A DNA stretch of 64,000 bases from assembly GCF_001194135.2 (NCBI RefSeq), contig NC_068997.1:9768077-9832076 (forward strand). The letters run 5' to 3'. Each line of letters opens with the position of its first letter. Position 1 is the stretch's first letter. The notes under the pieces were generated by a model. That model had not been told where the DNA came from. It worked only from the letters and a program-made list of their open reading frames with translations, and did no database searches. Below, one piece after another: positions 12,304-26,421 of this stretch. This stretch comes from Octopus bimaculoides (taxonomy: Eukaryota). A program made the position numbers and the translations under genes.

Positions 12304-13711
12304 GAATAAATATTGCAGAGCATTTCATCCAGCTCTCTAAGTCACTTCTCCATTCATCCCTCTCTCTCCTTCCAGGAAGATGGGTGGGTGTGCAGGCGAA
12401 TGGATGGGTAAACAGATAAAGAAGCAAAATTTTTGTATAAAAACAATTATCAAAAATTACTGCAACAATACAAATAAATATGGTAAAAACAAAAGCTTTG
12501 AAAAGAATTAGATAACAATTGACAAACTCTTGAAAAGCAATTTTGACAAAGTATGAAAATAAATCAGAGAATCTTCAGGTATTTTTATCAATATCAACAG
12601 ATGAAAATTCATATTTTGCTATTTGTGGCTTCTGATAAATAAACAGGTGTGACTTCTGATAAATATATATTCTAAGAAGTGTTGGAATATTGTTATCAGT
12701 TTAGAGAAGCACCAATAAAATAATACAAAATAATGACAGTAAAAAAAATACAACAAATATCAAACGAGCAAAACAAAACAAACCTCAATTCAGAAATTTA
12801 TATCAAAAAGCAATCAGACTAGGAGTAAATTATAGCTTAGTAATAAAATAATATAATTGATGAAAGAAAAGAAAGAATGAAAGGAAGATTAATGTTTTTC
12901 ATATATTTTTCTATATTTTTAAATTTTTTTTTTATTTGTTAACAATGATATATAATTAACGATGTTATTTACTGAAGATTTACATAGGTTTTGAGAAACA
13001 GAAAACAGATAAAATCCCATTAGTCTAACTGAAAAACTGTGGCATTAGCTACGGGTGGTGGTAGTGGTGGTGGTGGTGGAGGTGGTGGTGAATTTAAATA
13101 AATGGTGTGGAAAAACCAGAAAACAGCTCTGGAATGGAATAAATATTGAAGTGTAAGAGGAGTGTNNNNNNNNNNGATGTTAAAAGCATCAGCTCCCTTA
13201 ATTATACATGCTTCTTTTTGTCGACATGCAAGCTGTATGATCCCCCACAAATCAATATAATATAATATAATTCATTAATAAACGGAATTAATTGGAAAAT
13301 TTTCAAATGGAATGTACACCAAAAACTGTTGATGTGATGGAGCAAACAACTGCAATCATAATCCAATTGTTGTCATTAGTAAATTAAGGTAAAAATTATG
13401 TAGCTATTAAAATATGACAATCCTCTCTAAAGAACAGACGTTTGGCTATTGAGAATGGTTTCTGCTTTAAAATAAAAATTAGTAAATAAACATGAAGTTG
13501 CCTACTGTGATTTCTCTGTTTACTTCCCAACAAACATTTTCCATTTCTCATTTTTAATATTTGTAAAACTGAGGAGGCAAATCGAAAGGGGCTGGGAAAG
13601 GGGTGAATCAGAATCAGACGAATGCCTTCCAATATTTGTTTCAGTTCTCTGAAACATCCTGGGTTCAGATCCTGCCATGGCTGACACTCCCTTTCATTGT
13701 TCTTTTATTCT

Positions 13712-14092
13712 TTTTACTTGTTTCAGTCATTTGACTGCGGCCATGCTGGAGCACCGCCTTAAAGAGTTTTTTTTTTAGTCAAAGAAATTGACCCCCAAAA
13801 CTTATTCTTTGTAAGCCTAGTACTTGTTCTATCGGTCCCTTTTGCCAAATTGCTAAGTTACAGGGACATAAACACACCAACATTGGTTGTCAAACAATGG
13901 TGAGGGTACAAACATAGAAATACACACACACATACACAACAGGCTTCTTTCAGTTTCCATTTACCAAATCCACTCACAAGCTTTGGTTGGCCTGAGGCTA
14001 TAGTAGAAGACTATAAGTGCCACGCAGTGGGACTGAACCCAGAACCATGTGGTTGGGAGCAAGCTTCTTACCACACAGCTGCATCTGTGCTT
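13712..14092 (-). mobile_element. SINE family C, near full length, internal (CA)n
   Basis: tRNA-like head on minus (gctgtgtggtaagaagcttgc..ggttcagtcccactgcgtggcac) through ..gcagtcaaatgactgaaacaagtaaaa. Confidence 0.8.
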
Positions 14093-15894
14093 ATTCCTTT
14101 TTTTTTTTTTTTTTGAGTAGAGCTATAAATGAAGAACCAGGTCAGGTTAGTGGATTGGTTGAATCATGAGAGCATCATATGAGAAATTTTGTGGTAGCAT
14201 GCTCGGCTATATAGATGCAGGTGTGGATAAGAGGTTGTGTGATTTTTGGATTCAGTTTCACTGTGGGGTACCTTCAGAAAGTGTCTTCTACTATGGCCGT
14301 GGCCCAACCAATGGCTTGTGAATGAATTTGGTAGACAGAAGTCATATAGAAACTCATTGTATGTGTATGGTGTCACATAAAAAGCACCAAATCCACTCTG
14401 TAAAGTGGTTGGTATTAAGAAGGGCATCCAGCCATAAAAATCATACGAAAGCAGTGGAGATTGTCTTAATAACTGACGAGATGTCAGAGCAGATTTCCGC
14501 CCGACTGAAACTCAGAGTTTTATTATGGCAACTGAATAATTGTCACATATTATATTACAGACACAGACACAAACACACACACATATATGGGGATTGCTAG
14601 AAAGTGAACAAAATCACAGGATTTGAAATCTGTTGCAAGCAGTTGGTAGAGCAGGCATCTGGTCTGAGAACAAATTCTTCCTTTCCTCCCAATAGTCTGT
14701 GGAATTCTAAGTTACTTAGCAGTTAATTCAATGCAAAAACAAAAACAAAACAATTCTTCCATTGATTGAAAAATAGGAACACCCATCATCAAAACTGACA
14801 GAGATTCATTATTATAATTTTATCTCTACAAGTAGCGCCATAAATTCACAGATAATTCATCTTGATAATTCGTACACCAGCAAACTTGCAGAATAAAATT
14901 GAATTAAATTTTTCCTCTTAGAGTCGTCTCAAGTTCACTCATCAATTTTAATTCCATATGGTGATCAAAATTACAAGAAGGAAAAGTCAAACATGATTTT
15001 ATTAGTAGCTGCATGGCTATGTGGTTGAGAAGTCTATTTCTCAAACACACAGTTTTGGATTCAGTTCCATTGTGTGGCACCTTAGACAAGTGTCTTCTAT
15101 AATAGCCTTGGGCTGACCAAAGCTATGTGAGTAGATTTGGCAAAGAGAAACTGAACAAAGCCCATCATATATATGTGTGTGGGTGTGTGTGAGTTTGTGT
15201 CTCCTCTTCTCTTGACTTGGTATGATAGTTGTAAACATTGTCATCATTCATTTACAATTTCCCTTGGGAACATATCAGGTAAAGGGGAAACATCTCACTT
15301 TGCTGGGAATCAAGTAAGGGTTAGTGACAGGAAGAACACCCAACTGTAGAAGATCTGCCTCAACTGATTCCATTTGACCCATGCATTATTTGACAGTAAA
15401 TTTGGTAAATATCCAGAAGAGATTTAAGGAGAGGAACATATAAAATATAGATAAGTTCATCATCATCACCATCACNNNNNNNNNNNNNNNNNNNNNNNNN
15501 NNNNNNNNNNNNNNNNNNNNNNNNNNNNNNNNNNNNNNNNNNNNNNNNNNNNNNNNNNNNNNNNNNNNNNNNNNNNNNNNNNNNNCACCACCACCACCAC
15601 CACCACCATCACCACCACCATCATTGCTGCCGCCGCCACCGTCATCGTCATTGTCATCATCAGCATCATCATCATTTAATGTCCATGTTTCATGCTGGCA
15701 TGGGTTGGATGGTTTGACCGGATCTGAAGCTTCCAAGAACTGTATTGAGCTTCAATGTCTGCTTTGGCATCCAGTTTTTATGACTGGATGCCTCTCCTAA
15801 TGCCAACCGCTTTACAACTTGAACTGGGGGCTTTTTTTTTTGTGCTAGCTGCATTATTGAGGTCATGATGCAGTTTGCAGGATGAACCTTGGAG

Positions 15895-17050
15895 GAGGTT
15901 GAGGGGGTAGCTTTATGCTAGGGGATGATGGGAAGTTAGGGACAAAGAATTTGAGAAAGTGCATGCACAACAGAGTGTAAGTGTCCTGAGAGAAAAGTTG
16001 GACATAAGAAGCATCAAATGTGGTGTGCAAGAGAGACGACTGTGCTGGTATGGTCATGTGTTGTGTATGGATGAGGACAGCTGTGTGAAAAAGTGTTACA
16101 CCCTAACAGGGGAGGGAACCTGTGAAAGAGGTAGATCCAGGATGAGGTGGTGAAGCACGATCTTTGAACGTTTGGCCTCACAGAGGCAATGACAAGCAAC
16201 TGAGACCTTTGGAGATATGCTGTGCTTGCGAAGACCCGGCAAGCCAAGTGTGACCATAACTGTAGCCTATGCCAGTATTGCATAACCCACCCATTTAAGA
16301 ATATTCTTCAATCATTGGGCAATAAAATTGAGAAGACATGTTGAGTCAAATGAAGTAATTTTTGTGGCCAATACCAGAACCGCCTGACTGGTCTTGTGCT
16401 GGTGGAGCGTAAAAAGCACCATTCAAGCGTGGTCAATGCCAGTCCCACCAGACTGGCAAATAAAATGCACCATACAAACATGGTCGATGCCAGTGCCGCC
16501 TGACTGGTCTTGTGCTGGTGGAGTGTAAAAAGCACCATTCAAGCATGGTCAATGCCAGTCCCACCAAACTGGCAAATAAAATGCACCATACAAACATGGT
16601 CGATGCCAGTGCCGCCTGACTGGTCTTGTGCTGGTGGAGTGTAAAAAGCACCATTCAAGCATGGTCAATGCCAGTCCCACCNNNNNNNNNNNNNNNNNNN
16701 NNNNNNNNNNNNNNNNNNNNNNNNNNNNNNNNNNNNNNNNNNNNNNNNNNNNNNNNNNNNNNNNNNNNNNNNNNNNNNNNNNNNNNCTGGTGGAGTGTAA
16801 AAAGCACCATTCAAGCATGGTCAATGCCAGTCCCACCAGACTGGCTCTCGTATCGGTGGCATGTAAAAAGCACCCACTACACTCTTGGAGTGGTTGGCAT
16901 TAGGAAGGACATCCAGCTATAGAAACCCTGTCAGATCAGATTGGAGCCTGGTGCAGCCTTCTGGCTTGCCAGCCCTCAGTTAAACTGTCCAGCTCATGCC
17001 AGCATGGAAAGTGGATGTTAAACAAAAACGACGACGTTGATGATGATGAT
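15895..17050 (+). mobile_element. RTE LINE 3' end: ORF C-terminus, 3' UTR with tandem array, (GAT)n tail
   Basis: SVLREKLDIRSIKCGVQERRLCWYGHVLCMDEDSCVKKC..RGR..DEVVKHDL*TFGLTEAMTSN*DLWRYAVLAKTRQAK, continuing into family A tail. Confidence 0.85.
16381..16860 (+). repeat. 116-bp tandem repeat (interrupted by gap)
   Basis: cgcctgactggtcttgtgctggtggag recurs at 16381, 16497, 16613. Confidence 0.9.
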
Positions 17051-18180
17051 GTAGGGCCAGGGATAACACAGAGTATAATTAAGTTGGTTGTAAATAATTT
17101 GGGGGAGATTTGGCTGCTGTGTCTAGCAGGATGGGCAGCCATGTAGATGAGATGCTCTCTTATTGGCTCATCATTGTTGTTAGGGCTGTAATTTTTCCTG
17201 GGTCTTATACCATGGCAAACATGTCAGTGAGAAGTGTGTTTCTCAGCAGCCCATTCTCCTGCCAAAAAAAAACAACATAGATTCATCTTAATCTTCTTAA
17301 TGTTTTTATAATGAAAAGATTTGGTTGTCCCTGAGGACGACTATTTAAAAAAAAAAAACCCAAAACACAAAAAAACAACAACAAAAAAAAAGCCAGCAGA
17401 AAACATTTCTTTTTGTTTCACACTACTTAATGCTGTATAAAGTAATCTTTTAAGTGGCAGAATATATATNNNNNNNNNNNNNNNNNNNNNNNNNNNNNNN
17501 NNNNNNNNNNNNNNNNNNNNNNNNNNNNNNNNNNNNNNNNNNNNNNNNNNNNNNNNNNNNNNNNNNNNNNNNNNNNNNNNNNNNNNNNNNNNNNNNNNNN
17601 NNNNNNNNNNNNNNNNNNNNNNNNNNNNNNNNNNNNNNNNNNNNNNNNNNNNNNNNNNNNNNNNNNNNNNNNNNNNNNNNNNNNNNNNNNNNNNNNNNNN
17701 NNNNNNNNNNNNNNNNNNNNNNNNNNNNNNNNNNNNNNNNNNNNNNNNNNNNNNNNNNNNNNNNNNNNNNNNNNNNNNNNNNNNNNNNNNNNNNNNNNNN
17801 NNNNNNNNNNNNNNNNNNNNNNNNNNNNNNNNNNNNNNNNNNNNNNNNNNNNNNNNNNNNNNNNNNNNNNNNNNNNNNNNNNNNNNNNNNNNNNNNNNNN
17901 NNNNNNNNNNNNNNNNNNNNNNNNNNNNNNNNNNNNNNNNNNNNNNNNNNNNNNNNNNNNNNNNNNNNNNNNNNNNNNNNNNNNNNNNNNNNNNNNNNNN
18001 NNNNNNNNNNNNNNNNNNNNNNNNNNNNNNNNNNNNNNNNNNNNNNNNNNNNNNNNNNNNNNNNNNNNNNNNNNNNNNNNNNNNNNNNNNNNNNNNNNNN
18101 NNNNNNNNNNNNNNNNNNNNNNNNNNNNNNNNNNNNNNNNNNNNNNNNNNNNNNNNNNNNNNNNNNNNNNNNNNNNNNNN

Positions 18181-18185
18181 TATTA

Positions 18186-18234
<49 letters not shown>

Positions 18235-18615
18235 GAATGAGAGAGCAGTGCATGCCATCAAAGTGACACTGGGGTAAAATATACGAAGCCCAATATACCC
18301 ATCATGACTACCCATCTGATAAGGGTACACCAGCCACATGCATCACAACCCCATGTGCACGACATGGTGATCTTATATCAAGATAAACAGCGCATGACCT
18401 TGCAGGTAGGGCCCAGTTAGTTCTTCAGGTCAAGTAACCCATCCCACTCAAAAGGTCCCTGAGTAAGGGTTGTTTAAGGATGTTAAATGAAACACTAGTG
18501 TTTCCAAAGGTGAATTATTCCAAACACCAAAGAATTCCTCTCAACACGTGGCTATGATGCTCCCCCACTAATTCTGCTTGTGATCAGAGATGCACATATC
18601 AGCTACTAAGGGACA
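18181..18615 (-). mobile_element. retroposon 3' end with (TAA)n tail
   Basis: (TTA)n run at 18181-18235 abutting a GC-richer repeat-like body; family not identified. Confidence 0.45.
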
Positions 18616-18624
18616 TACTCAACT

Positions 18625-19190
18625 GTCTTCGCATGTTAGTGGAACTTCCCTGAAGCTTGTGGGCTGGTGCAAAAGTTTAAGCCTCTCAGGGCTGTATTCT
18701 TGAGAAATGGGAAGCAGGAAGTTTCCCATTACTCGGGAAGCTAAATTTGATGCTAAAATTATTGGTGCTGACACAGTTATGTACCATCTTTAATGTTCAA
18801 TCCTTAGCAGAAGAAGAAGAAGAGAGAGTGGTAAAAAAAAAGCCCAAATCTGCTACCTTCAAAAGGGTTTTTTTTTTTGTACCTATCCTTATTTATAGTC
18901 ATGAATGTTGGGCAATGACCGAAAGAGTAGAATCACCAAATACAAATGATTGAAATGGAATTCCTCCAAAGGTCTTTGGAGTAAGATTATTTGACAAGGA
19001 ACATAACTTGGAGCTCAGGGAATCCCTCCAGGTCAAGATTCCACTTTCAGAGGTCATGACTCTGGTACTGCAGACAAGTGATTAGAAACTTTGCAAGAGG
19101 AATTCTTCAAGCCAAGCCAAATGACAGGTGGCTAGGAATAGATCAAGACTGAGCTAATTGGCTAATGTCCATAGGCTCTATCCTCTTGGT
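18625..19190 (+). mobile_element. RTE LINE fragment (third subfamily), heavily degraded
   Basis: FVPILIYSHECWAMTERV.. and earlier HVSGTSL..QKFK; a related short piece sits at 24705-24785. Confidence 0.65.
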
Positions 19191-19224
19191 CCTCCCACAA
19201 TTGGTGGATGGAGAAGATCAATAA

Positions 19225-19264
<40 letters not shown>

Positions 19265-20645
19265 CAATTAAGATTTAGTTGAATTAGGTAGTTAAATTGA
19301 GGCAGCTTGTTAGGTCAGAGTAATGTGCACACCCAAGGAGTCACTTGAAACAGCCGTAATGAATTGACACCTGTACCTCTTTGTTACTCATTTATACTAC
19401 ACACNNNNNNNNNNNNNNNNNNNNNNNNNNNNNNNNNNNNNNNNNNNNNNNNNNNNNNNNNNNNNNNNNNNNNNNNNNNNNNNNNNNNNNNNNNNNNNNN
19501 NNNNNNNNNNNNNNNNNNNNNNNNNNNNNNNNNNNNNNNNNNNNNNNNNNNNNNNNNNNNNNNNNNNNNNNNNNNNNNNNNNNNNNNNNNNNNNTAGCAA
19601 GCCACTACACATATATATATATACATATAAATACACACACACACACACACACACACACCCACCCACCCAGGTAGCAATGCAGATAAACACAATAGGGTTT
19701 GACATATATATATATATATATATATATACATACACATGATTGAAACAAGTAAAAGAGTATATATAACATGCCAGTTTTCAGTCAAACCGTCCAACCCATC
19801 CCAGCATGGAAAACGGACGTTAGGTGATGATGATGATGATATATGTGTGTGTGTGTGAGATCATCTTGTAACATCCATCTTCCATGCTGGTATGGTTTCA
19901 ATGACCTAACTAGATCTGGCAGCTCCAAGACCTGCATTGTGTACCAATACCTGCTTAGGCACGTGCACACGTGCACGCATACACACACACACGCAAATTT
20001 TATGTCTACCGTATGCCGTGCATTATTAGGTCAATATACAATATAATAAATATATCCCAATAGCTATTATTTGAACTTGAAAACCTTTAGTTCAAATCCT
20101 GAGGTTCAATGTCCTAACACTTCAACTCCATGCCACTTAGTTCCTTGTAGGTCAATTATATTCTTGAAAAATTTCTATTACATTTCCTGATAACTCATCT
20201 CAAACAGAATAGTGTCATAAGGAAAACAGTTTCCAAGCATTTTTTAGGCTTTTGCTATAAAAAATGAAAAAAATTAAAAATGTGGGGAGAAAAAGACTCC
20301 AAAAACATTAAAACGAGAACAGCAAGCCACAAAGTCAAAAAGCAATAACTAAATGAAAAAAGAAAAAAATAATGATGAATCTTTTATTTTAATTTGTAAA
20401 ATTTGTATTGTCTATTTAAAATGTTCAACTGAGGTGATAGGATTCCTCAGGTAATGTTCTGTCTAGATATTGACAACGTATTCTTTTGTAACATTTTTGT
20501 AAACATTACTAGTTTGTCACCTTATCTCTAGAAATGTGAAAAATGGAAATGAAATAAATAAAGCAAAAAAACAAAACAAAAAAGAACAGGAAAGAGCAAA
20601 GAACAAGACGCATGTATATTTGTATGTATACAAACACACACATAC

Positions 20646-20686
<41 letters not shown>

Positions 20687-21076
20687 TGTGTGTATATATA
20701 TATATGTGTATATATATATATATATANNNNNNNNNNATATATATATATATATATATATATAAATATATATATATATACATATATGTATATATATATATGT
20801 GTGTGTGTGTTTGTATATATATATATATATACATATATATTGTATTTATATACACACACACACATATATTGTATTTATGCATAGGCACACACAACTATAT
20901 GCATTTGTGTGTGTGTGTATGTATATGTATGTTTGCGTGCATACATGTGTTCACACGTTCATGTTATATATATGTTATATATATGTTATATATATAAATA
21001 TATATATGTACACACATAAAGAAAAGATACATATATACAAATTATACAAATATACATGTACCATACACACACGTGC

Positions 21077-21150
<74 letters not shown>

Positions 21151-21165
21151 GTCTGTGTGTGTGTG

Positions 21166-21199
<34 letters not shown>

Positions 21200-21236
21200 A
21201 ATAATTACATGTACATATATATATATATATTTATAC

Positions 21237-21316
<80 letters not shown>

Positions 21317-21989
21317 GACAATATCCCAGTTATAAACATTTTATTTCTAATCTAAAATTGACAGGGCTAAAACTTTTTTGAAGTTAAAATTAAAAAATAA
21401 AAATAAAATTACAATTTGAATTTAGAAATACTTTTGCATGGTAACCCCCCCAAATATGTTTCTTATCTAATGAACACTAAATTCACTGCACCAAATATAT
21501 TGATTTTTTTTTTTCCTTACCAATTTTTAAATTTTATTTTATTCCCTAAATGAAATCAAGTTTCGTTATTCTTTGGGGTTAAATTGTTCTGTATTTTGAG
21601 AAGAGTACGTTACCGATTTCCTCGAAATTTGTTTACTCATTAAATTCTACTTTGATAAATTTCATTTATTGTCTGAAAGTAATTCTTTAACCTCAATCTT
21701 TCATTTAAATTTTCTGTCTGTGTATGGTTTTATATTTTCTGCTTTATTTTTCTGTATTTTTTCCTTACTTAATTTTATTTTACTTGTTGGTTAGTTTGTT
21801 GGTTGATCTATCTTTCTTCTTTGTATTCTCAAAAAAATGTTTTCCTACTCTTTCATCATTTCCATCTCCCTTTCTCTCTCTTCATTCCCACCTTTTTTTC
21901 CTTATTCATTCTAATTTTCTTTCATTTTCATCTGTCTGTCTGTCCGTCTGTCTTTCTATTTATCTTACCTATTTATCTATCTATCTATC

Positions 21990-22029
<40 letters not shown>

Positions 22030-22234
22030 GTCTATCTATCTATATTTATTTATTTGCCTCCATCTTTCTTTGTTCCTCTGTTTATTTTATCTATCCTCTC
22101 AAAACTGACTCATCTTTGCCCTTAGGCCAACCATTGTAACTCCAGTACAAGCTAATGTTACACTCACCTCCATCTTCTTCTTTCTAACTCCATACCACAT
22201 TGCCAACTGTATTCAAGCATTTCTTTATCATTAG

Positions 22235-22300
<66 letters not shown>

Positions 22301-23991
22301 TTGGATGGATTGAGAAAGGGAGAAAGAGGGTGAAATTTCTTCAAATGTTTTATTGGAAAATTAATTTAAAAATGCATTTGAATAAATAGTTTGTATTTTC
22401 CTATTTTTTGGGGGTGGGTAGGGAGGGAAAAATAAAGAAACTATAATATAAAGATATTTGAAATTCTCCAGATTGGGTTATGATATGGTATGTTATTGGA
22501 AATAAATANNNNNNNNNNNNNNNNNNNNNNNNNNNNNNNNNNNNNNNNNNNNNNNNNNNNNNNNNNNNNNNNNNNNNNNNNNNNNNNNNNNNNNNNNNNN
22601 NNNNNNNNNNNNNNNNNNNNNNNNNNNNNNNNNNNNNNNNNNNNNNNNNNNNNNNNNNNNNNNNNNNNNNNNNNNNNNNNNNNNNNNNNNNNNNNNNNNN
22701 NNNNNNNNNNNNNNNNNNNNNNNNNNNNNNNNNNNNNNNNNNNNNNNNNNNNNNNNNNNNNNNNNNNNNNNNNNNNNNNNNNNNNNNNNNNNNNNNNNNN
22801 NNNNNNNNNNNNNNNNNNNNNNNNNNNNNNNNNNNNNNNNNNNNNNNNNNNNNNNNNNNNNNNNNNNNNNNNNNNNNNNNNNNNNNNNNNNNNNNNNNNN
22901 NNNNNNNNNNNNNNNNNNNNNNNNNNNNNNNNNNNNNNNNNNNNNNNNNNNNNNNNNNNNNNNNNNNNNNNNNNNNNNNNNNNNNNNNNNNNNNNNNNNN
23001 NNNNNNNNNNNNNNNNNNNNNNNNNNNNNNNNNNNNNNNNNNNNNNNNNNNNNNNNNNNNNNNNNNNNNNNNNNNNNNNNNNNNNNNNNNNNNNNNNNNN
23101 NNNNNNNNNNNNNNNNNNNNNNNNNNNNNNNNNNNNNNNNNNNNNNNNNNNNNNNNNNNNNNNNNNNNNNNNNNNNNNNNNNNNNNNNNNNNNNNNNNNN
23201 NNACTTATTATGTTTCTTTTATTGTTTTATTTTAGAAATATTTTATGTAAAAAAAAACCCATCCATCTTTTATTTTTCTATTATTTTGTTATAAGTATCT
23301 GGGCTTGTTTTTATTCTGAAAAAAAAAAACAAAAAACAACAACAAAAAAACCCCCCTATTTTCTTGTATTTAGAATTACTGTTATGATAGGGGCTTACTG
23401 TCATTTGCTTAAAATAATTTTTTTTTTTTTTTTTTCATTTTCATCATATTAAGTTGCTTGCTGCTGTTATTATTAATGGAGAAGCAAGCTAACATACCTT
23501 GTCAATTTTATTTCTTCAAATATTTACATGGAGTTAGAGGAGGAAAACCCTCCAAAATCAATCAAACAAAAATTCGAGTTTTGACAGATAAATGTCAGGA
23601 TAACCTTGTTAGTAAATAAAATAAAGTCAGTTTTTGGACATTAAGTAAACAAATTCAATATCAGTTTACTTCTTCTATCTACATAATAATATTGTTTTTC
23701 TTTTCACTCACAACTCAAAAACTCATCTGACCTTTGCTTCTGTTCATCAGTCTGTGTGTCGGCTTTATTTTCTGCCTTTGTTTTTCTCTCTTATTTTTGA
23801 GCAAATTTCTTTCTGTTAAATATGGATCCAACTTTGCTAATATTTTAACAGCTGACACAATAATCTCTCAAAAGAACATTTCTACTTGTTGTTTTAGCCA
23901 GAGATTGTGGCCATGCTGGGGCATTGCCATAAATAACAATGCTTTGGCAAGGAACAGTCATTGCATATATCTTTTCTTAAATGGTCTAGAC

Positions 23992-24310
23992 CAGGGGTTT
24001 TCAAACTGTGGTCCGCGGACCACAGGGGGTCCACAAGGACAAGACAGGGGGTCCGCAAGGACAAGACAGAGGGTCCGTGGACAGCAAATACTTTTTATGG
24101 GCAATTTGATTTTATATATGTTTTTTAATCTAAATCTTTTAATTGACAATAAACCTATTTGTTAAATACTGTTAAATAAATAAATGTAAAAATATATGTT
24201 ATTTTAAGCAAATATTTATGTATAAATTTCATAAGCGTTTATAAGGGGGTCCCTAAGGTAAAGCCTGAAATACAAAGGGGTCTGCAAGTCAAAAAGTTTG
24301 AAAACCCCTG
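23992..24310. mobile_element. hAT (Charlie-like) MITE with perfect 8-bp TSD
   Basis: TIRs CAGGGGTTTTCAAAC / GTTTGAAAACCCCTG; TSD GTCTAGAC at 23984-23991 and 24311-24318. Confidence 0.92.
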
Positions 24311-24779
24311 GTCTAGACACAAAGATACTGAGTAAAGTTTCTCTTTGAAAATAAGTTATGTAGCCCCAGGTCTGCTCTAATTGAGTAGACTTATGATAAA
24401 AGACATTCCAGTCATGACTATCCTGTCTTTTTTCCCATATGCAGGAAATCTAGGATTTCATTCTTCATGTCCCCTTTTTTTATGTTTAAGACAGTAGAAT
24501 GTAATTTAAGGAAGATCTAGCTGCCATTTCTCATCTTTTATTTAGCTGGGTAATGATTCTATCTGTATGGACCCCAAAGAAATGTTAAAGATATGCTTAT
24601 CAAATATACAAAGATGATTTTCAGTGAATGGGTTCACTGCTGAATGCTGCAAGGCAGGGATGAGAAAAGGACCGAGACATTGGTCCTTTAAATAAAATTT
24701 TCCCAGTCTCTCTGCATGTTAGTGGAACATCCCTGAGACAAGTGGAGAAGTTTAAGTATCTTTTAAGACTGTATTCACT

Positions 24780-24990
24780 AGTTGTTGTGGCTGATGCCCC
24801 CAGGCAAGAAGTGGGCTGGTCCACTGCTAATAAATGGTGGACTGTCACAGTCAGTAAGGTCTGTTGGCGAAGGTACACCATTTGGACCAGTCCTGTAGAG
24901 ATGGCGAAATACGTCATCATCATGGGACATATCAGTGACGATGAGGGTTTGGACAATATCGCCACTGGGACATATCACAGGGCAAGAGGT
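24780..24990 (-). mobile_element. possible Gypsy-type integrase core remnant
   Basis: Minus ORF ..NGVPSPTDLTDCDSPPFISSGPAHFLPGGISH loosely fits the G.P..I.TD.GP.F.S..F..F...GI.H integrase pattern. Confidence 0.35.
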
Positions 24991-25212
24991 TGAACTGGAT
25001 GCTAGAATTGTGTGTGTGTGTGTGTGTGTATGCGGTTGGCATTAGGAAGGGTATGTAGCTGTAGAAACCATGCCATGACAGGAAGCCTAAACAGTCCTTC
25101 AGCTGGTCAGCTCCTATCAAACTGTCCAACCCATGCCAGCATGGAAAATGGACATTAAATGATGGTGATGATGATATATATCTATACATACATACATACA
25201 TGTATATATACA

Positions 25213-25253
<41 letters not shown>

Positions 25254-26421
25254 TACTCTCCTACAAATTCAATGCCTTTGTGTGCCTTTGTTAAAGATCT
25301 CTCTATATTAGATAGAGAACAGGTTGAAACAGATCTGATTGGGTTAAAACATGATACCGCTTCCGCTACAACACACCATCACCTTCTCACTGTAATTTTG
25401 CCTTTCTGACATGTGTAAACAGTGATATCTCCCCTGTATTGTCTATTGCTGCCAACAAGCATTAATAAATATTGCAGACAAGTATCAAAATATAACTCAA
25501 GAGTCAGATAAATCACAACAGCCATGTATTATATACCCATTAGTGCTAACAAGTTAAGTGCCTTAACCAAATAGATTTATCATAGCAGCAGTAATGGATA
25601 TTCAAATATTCTGAAGATGTAATGAAGATATAACAAAGTCTTATGTTTATATATTCAAAATATTTTAAAAATAATGTGGAAGAGGAGAAATTTACTGAAG
25701 AGAAGAAAGAATGCTCTGCAATCTGTTGGTTCTTGTTGTATCTCGGGAGGGTCATTGTGTCAATAATAAACACGTCCACTGGTTCAATTTCACTTCTTTA
25801 TTATCGGTTTATTTAACCAACTAGTTAATTGATTACTTTGTTAGCTATTAGTGTAATGACCTTCCCAAGATTAAAAAAATGTGTTTCAACATATGAGTTC
25901 ACATCAAGAGTCTTACAAACCGAATTCAAAAACAAACTATTATATCTTGTTGGGCACTAAATTCACTACAGGTTCTACCATTCAAACACAATATTTTAGA
26001 ATCTAAAGGCGACAAGTTGGCAGAAACGTTAGCACACCTGGTGAAATTAAGTACCAGTTGCATACTGACGTCAATCTAATCAACTGCCTCCACCACCCAA
26101 ATTTTGGGCTTTGTTCTTAGAGTAGAAAAGAATATTTTAAAATGTAAAGTTTCCATGTTTTATAAATGAAATTTATAGAATTTTTGTTTCCAGAACAAAA
26201 TGGATGCAACACCGTAGTTTAAGAGCATTAAAATGTTGGTGTGGTGTTAAAGAGTAGCCTCTTACCCAAAGTGTCACAGTGAGTAAGGTAAACCTGGGAA
26301 TTGAAACTAGTGTATCACAAGCTTACGTCTTCCTGTACGATACTCATCACTGATTCTATCATTGAAATTAAATGTCATTTTTATTTTATTCCATTTTTTT
26401 GCACCCATTTTCATTGCTGGA

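Noticed and set aside
13290-13390. KNC-TGA-CDGANNCN as a selenocysteine or edited-stop exon
   Set aside because: No acceptor before an upstream in-frame stop; no SECIS seen.
16381-16860. CRISPR-like array
   Set aside because: Whole units repeat with no unique spacers; eukaryotic LINE context.
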